Shown: positions 21,602 to 24,000 of the stretch, piece by piece
How the letters are laid out: the number at the start of each line of letters is the position of its first letter
Numbering within the stretch: the stretch's first letter is position 1
DNA from: Desulfuromonas versatilis
GTDB taxonomy: Bacteria > Desulfobacterota > Desulfuromonadia > Desulfuromonadales > NIT-T3
Direction of reading: 5' to 3'
DNA: 24,000 nucleotides
Assembly (NCBI RefSeq): GCF_019704135.1
Contig: NZ_AP024355.1
Coordinates: 3,393,034-3,417,033, forward strand
The notes under the pieces: generated by a model
Databases searched by the model: none
Told to the model about the DNA's origin: nothing
Seen by the model: only the letters and a program-made list of their open reading frames with translations
Made by a program: the position numbers and the translations under genes

Positions 21602-22408
21602 ATGAACATTCTACTCAACGAACAGCCCGCACAAATCGACGCAGGAACCACCCTGCACCGACTGCGGGAGCAGTTCAAGCCCGAAGCCGACCTGGTCATC
21701 CTCAACGGCTTCCCGGTGGCCGACGACCGCCCCCTGGAACCCGGCGACCAGGTGGTGCTGATCCGCCGCGGCGAGCAGCCCTCCCCCGAGGAGCTCGAGG
21801 CGCTGATGGTCTCCCGTCACACCCCCGGGGTGCACCGTCGGGTGAAAAGCGGGACCGTCGCCATCGCCGGCGTCGGCGGCCTGGGCTCAGCCATCGCCGT
21901 GGCCCTGGCACGGGTCGGGGTCGGGCACCTGGTGGTGGCCGATTTCGACGTGGTGGAGCCCTCCAACCTCAACCGGCAGCAGTATTTCGTCGACCAGATC
22001 GGCCTGCCCAAGGTCGAGGCGCTGCGCGAGAACCTGGCGCGCATCAACCCCTACGTCAAGGTCAGCGCCTTTCACGGCCGGCTGACGGCGGAGAACATCC
22101 CGGCGCTGTTCGCCGAGGCCGACGTCATCGTCGAAGCCTTCGACGCCGCCAACCAGAAGGCCATGCTCACCGAAACGGTGCTGACCCGGATGCGGCCCAA
22201 GCCGCTGGTGGCCGCCTCGGGGCTGGCCGGCTTCGCGCCGTCCAACACCGTGGTAACCCGCCGCGCCGCCGCCAATTTTTACCTGGTCGGCGACGGCGAA
22301 ACCGCCGCCCGCCCCGGCGAAGGGCTGATGGCCCCCCGGGTCGGCATCGCCGCCCATCACCAGGCCAACGCCGTGCTGCGGCTGCTGCTCGGCGAAGAGC
22401 CTGCCTGA
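21602..22408 (+). CDS. thiF: ThiF-family (family 2) sulfur-carrier adenylyltransferase with an N-terminal ThiS-like beta-grasp domain
   Basis: The C-terminal ~200 aa read VAIAGVGGLGSAIAVALARVGVGHLVVADFDVVEPSNLNRQQY (E1-like Rossmann/ATP motif). The N-terminal ~60 aa (MNILLNEQPAQIDAGTTLHRLREQF....LVILNGFPV......LEPGDQVVLIRRGE) resemble ThiS/MoaD. The start is set after the riboswitch terminator, not at the track's 21560. Confidence 0.85.
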   Translation: MNILLNEQPAQIDAGTTLHRLREQFKPEADLVILNGFPVADDRPLEPGDQVVLIRRGEQPSPEELEALMVSRHTPGVHRRVKSGTVAIAGVGGLGSAIAVALARVGVGHLVVADFDVVEPSNLNRQQYFVDQIGLPKVEALRENLARINPYVKVSAFHGRLTAENIPALFAEADVIVEAFDAANQKAMLTETVLTRMRPKPLVAASGLAGFAPSNTVVTRRAAANFYLVGDGETAARPGEGLMAPRVGIAAHHQANAVLRLLLGEEPA

Positions 22409-22426
22409 ACGGAGCTGACAATAGCA

Positions 22427-22627
22427 ATGAACATCACCGTCAATGGCAAATCCCGCGCCCTCGAAGCGGCGCTCACCGTCGAGCAGCTGCTCGAGTCCCT
22501 CGGCCTTGAGACGGAGCGGGTGGCCGTGGAACTCAACCGCGACATCCTGACCCGCAGCCGCTTTGCCGAGACCAGCCTCAGCGACGGCGACGTGCTCGAG
22601 GTGATCCAGTTCGTCGGCGGGGGGTAA
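22427..22627 (+). CDS. thiS: sulfur carrier protein ThiS
   Basis: The 66-aa product reads [27 protein letters not shown]....[35 protein letters not shown], with the C-terminal GG. Confidence 0.92.
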   Translation: MNITVNGKSRALEAALTVEQLLESLGLETERVAVELNRDILTRSRFAETSLSDGDVLEVIQFVGGG

Positions 22628-22632
22628 ACAAT

Positions 22633-22719
22633 GTAGGGGCGGACCTGTGTGTCCGCCCGGAACCGGGCAACAGCAGGGCACACACGCAGGTGAGGGCACA
22701 CACGCAGGTGTGCCCCTAC
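22633..22719. repeat. REP-like element cluster: two inverted copies of a GTAGGGGC-stem-loop unit plus an 18-bp tandem duplication
   Basis: Unit 1 is GTAGGGGCGGAC-CTGTGT-GTCCGCCC (22633-22658). Unit 2, on the opposite strand, is GTAGGGGCACAC-CTGCGT-GTGTGCCC (22694-22719). AGGGCACACACGCAGGTG is repeated at 22675-22692 and 22693-22710. Confidence 0.65.
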
Positions 22720-22756
22720 CCATATCATAGAGAATCAATAAATAAGGGCCGAGAAC

Positions 22757-23527
22757 ATGGATGAACTGATAATTGCGGGGCGCAGCTTCAAATCGCGCCT
22801 GATGGTCGGGACCGGCAAATTCTCCTCCAACACGGCGATGGTCGCGGCCATGGAGGGTTCGGGGTGCGAGATCGTCACCGTGGCGCTGCGCCGGGTCGAC
22901 ATCGACAACCCCGGCGACAGCATGCTCAAGCACATCGACCGCGACAAATACCTGCTGCTGCCCAACACCAGCGGCGCCCGCGACGCCGAGGAGGCGGTGC
23001 GCCTGGCCCGCCTGGCCCGGGCCGCGGGCTGCGAGCCCTGGGTCAAGCTGGAGGTCACCCCCGACCCCTACTACCTGCTGCCCGACCCCATCGAAACCCT
23101 CAAGGCCGCGCAGATCCTGGTCAAGGAAGGCTTCACCGTGCTCCCCTACATCAACGCCGACCCGGTGCTGGCCAAGCATCTGCAGGAGGCGGGCACCGCC
23201 ACCGTCATGCCGCTGGGGGCGCCGATCGGCACCAACAAGGGGGTGCGCACCCGCGACAGCATCGCCATCATCATCGAGCAGGCCATCGTCCCGGTGGTGG
23301 TCGACGCCGGCCTCGGGGCCCCCTCCCACGCCGCCGAGGCGATGGAGATGGGCGCCGACGCGGTGCTGGTCAATACCGCCCTGGCCGTCTCGCCCAACCC
23401 GGGGCAGATGGGCGCCGCCTTCAAAAAAGGCGTGGAAGCCGGCCGCGAAGCGTTTCTGGCCGGGCTCGGCGAACGCCGCGACAAAGCCGAAGCGTCGAGC
23501 CCGCTGACGGGCTTTCTTCGGGATTGA
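22757..23527 (+). CDS. thiG: thiazole synthase
   Basis: The product reads [19 protein letters not shown]...[10 protein letters not shown]...[20 protein letters not shown]......WVKLEV..D...LLPD..ETLKAA..LVKEGF.VLPY...[20 protein letters not shown]...G, typical ThiG. Confidence 0.95.
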   Translation: MDELIIAGRSFKSRLMVGTGKFSSNTAMVAAMEGSGCEIVTVALRRVDIDNPGDSMLKHIDRDKYLLLPNTSGARDAEEAVRLARLARAAGCEPWVKLEVTPDPYYLLPDPIETLKAAQILVKEGFTVLPYINADPVLAKHLQEAGTATVMPLGAPIGTNKGVRTRDSIAIIIEQAIVPVVVDAGLGAPSHAAEAMEMGADAVLVNTALAVSPNPGQMGAAFKKGVEAGREAFLAGLGERRDKAEASSPLTGFLRD

Positions 23528-23535
23528 GCAATTTC

Positions 23536-23598
23536 CCATAAGTCCCATAGGTCCTATAGGTCCCATGCGACCAATAGGCCCCAAAAGCCCAAAAGGAC
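23536..23598. repeat. seven degenerate tandem 9-bp units (consensus CCATAGGTC) in the thiG-thiH spacer
   Basis: CCATAAGTC CCATAGGTC CTATAGGTC CCATGCGAC CAATAGGCC CCAAAAGCC CAAAAGGAC, read directly. Confidence 0.6.
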
Positions 23599-23608
23599 TT
23601 TCGGTACC

Positions 23609-24000
23609 ATGAGCTTTCTAGAAGAGATCAGCAAATACGACCCTAAAATGGTTCTCGAGCGCATCGAGGGCAAAACCGCAGCCGATGTCGAGCGCGCGGT
23701 GCACGCCGAGCGGCTGCGTATCGACGACTTCATGGCGCTGCTGTCGCCGGCGGCGCAGGATTTCCTCGAGCCGATGGCGGCCCGGGCGCACCGGGTCACC
23801 ACCCAGCGCTTCGGGCGCAACATCCTGCTCTATGCGCCGCTTTATCTCTCCAACGAGTGCGTAAACGGCTGCCGCTACTGCGGCTTCAGCGCCAAGAACC
23901 AGGTCCCCCGCCGCACCCTGGGGTTCGATGAGATCGAGCGCGAGGCCAGGGTGCTGCACGAGCAGGGCTTCCGCCACATCCTGCTGGTCACCGGCGAGTC
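23609..24000 (+). CDS. thiH: 2-iminoacetate synthase ThiH (radical SAM), N-terminal 130 aa; continues beyond the window end
   Basis: Absent from the ORF track because it is open at the edge. Manual translation gives MSFLEEISKYDPKMVLERIEGKTAADVERAVHAERL.IDDFMALLSPAA..FLEPMA..A...T..RFG..I.LY.PLYLSNECVNGCRYCGF, with the CxxxCxxC radical-SAM cluster motif in thi operon context. Confidence 0.9.
   Translation, partial: MSFLEEISKYDPKMVLERIEGKTAADVERAVHAERLRIDDFMALLSPAAQDFLEPMAARAHRVTTQRFGRNILLYAPLYLSNECVNGCRYCGFSAKNQVPRRTLGFDEIEREARVLHEQGFRHILLVTGE

Noticed and set aside
23536-23584. Collagen-like GPIGRMGPIGPMGLMG peptide on the minus strand.
   Set aside because: It is produced by the 9-bp tandem repeat in an 81-nt operon spacer and continues into an antisense shadow of thiG. 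It is not a real Gly-X-Y protein.

Overview
GC-rich chromosomal window with core-genome character. It has no transposase, integrase or CRISPR. The gene content suggests a Desulfuromonadales-type (Geobacter/Desulfuromonas-like) deltaproteobacterium; this is inference from multihaem cytochromes, sigma-54 promoters and GTAGGGGC-type REP hairpins. Left to right: prs (partial), tRNA-Gln and ispE; two tandem paralogous 12-haem c-type cytochromes; a yggT-divIVA-yggU block; and a class-I DAHP synthase followed 21 bp later by a corrinoid/transmembrane protein plus a small 2x[4Fe-4S] ferredoxin. I read that pair as hgcA-hgcB, the mercury-methylation genes, and it is the most consequential system here, though known since 2013 rather than new. 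Next come an L-2-hydroxyglutarate oxidase with a small HTH gene and a REC-GGDEF response regulator. A nine-gene minus-strand block follows. It holds a Walker-degenerate AAA+ protein, an FmdE-like protein, an ArsP-type CxC permease, and then six mostly secreted genes of unknown function: a triple CarboxypepD_reg protein, a beta-helix+PQQ-propeller lipoprotein, a beta-helix protein, DUF3467, a short OpuAC-like protein and DUF3047. Two consensus-quality sigma-54 promoters serve this block. The window ends with glpK, a small hypothetical gene, and a TPP-riboswitch-controlled thiF(ThiS-fused)-thiS-thiG-thiH(partial) operon. The thi intergenic spacers carry REP-like hairpins and a 9-bp tandem array. 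All calls rest on reading the translations and the DNA by eye; no database search was possible. Many long ORFs in the supplied track are antisense shadows of real genes, as expected in high-GC DNA.
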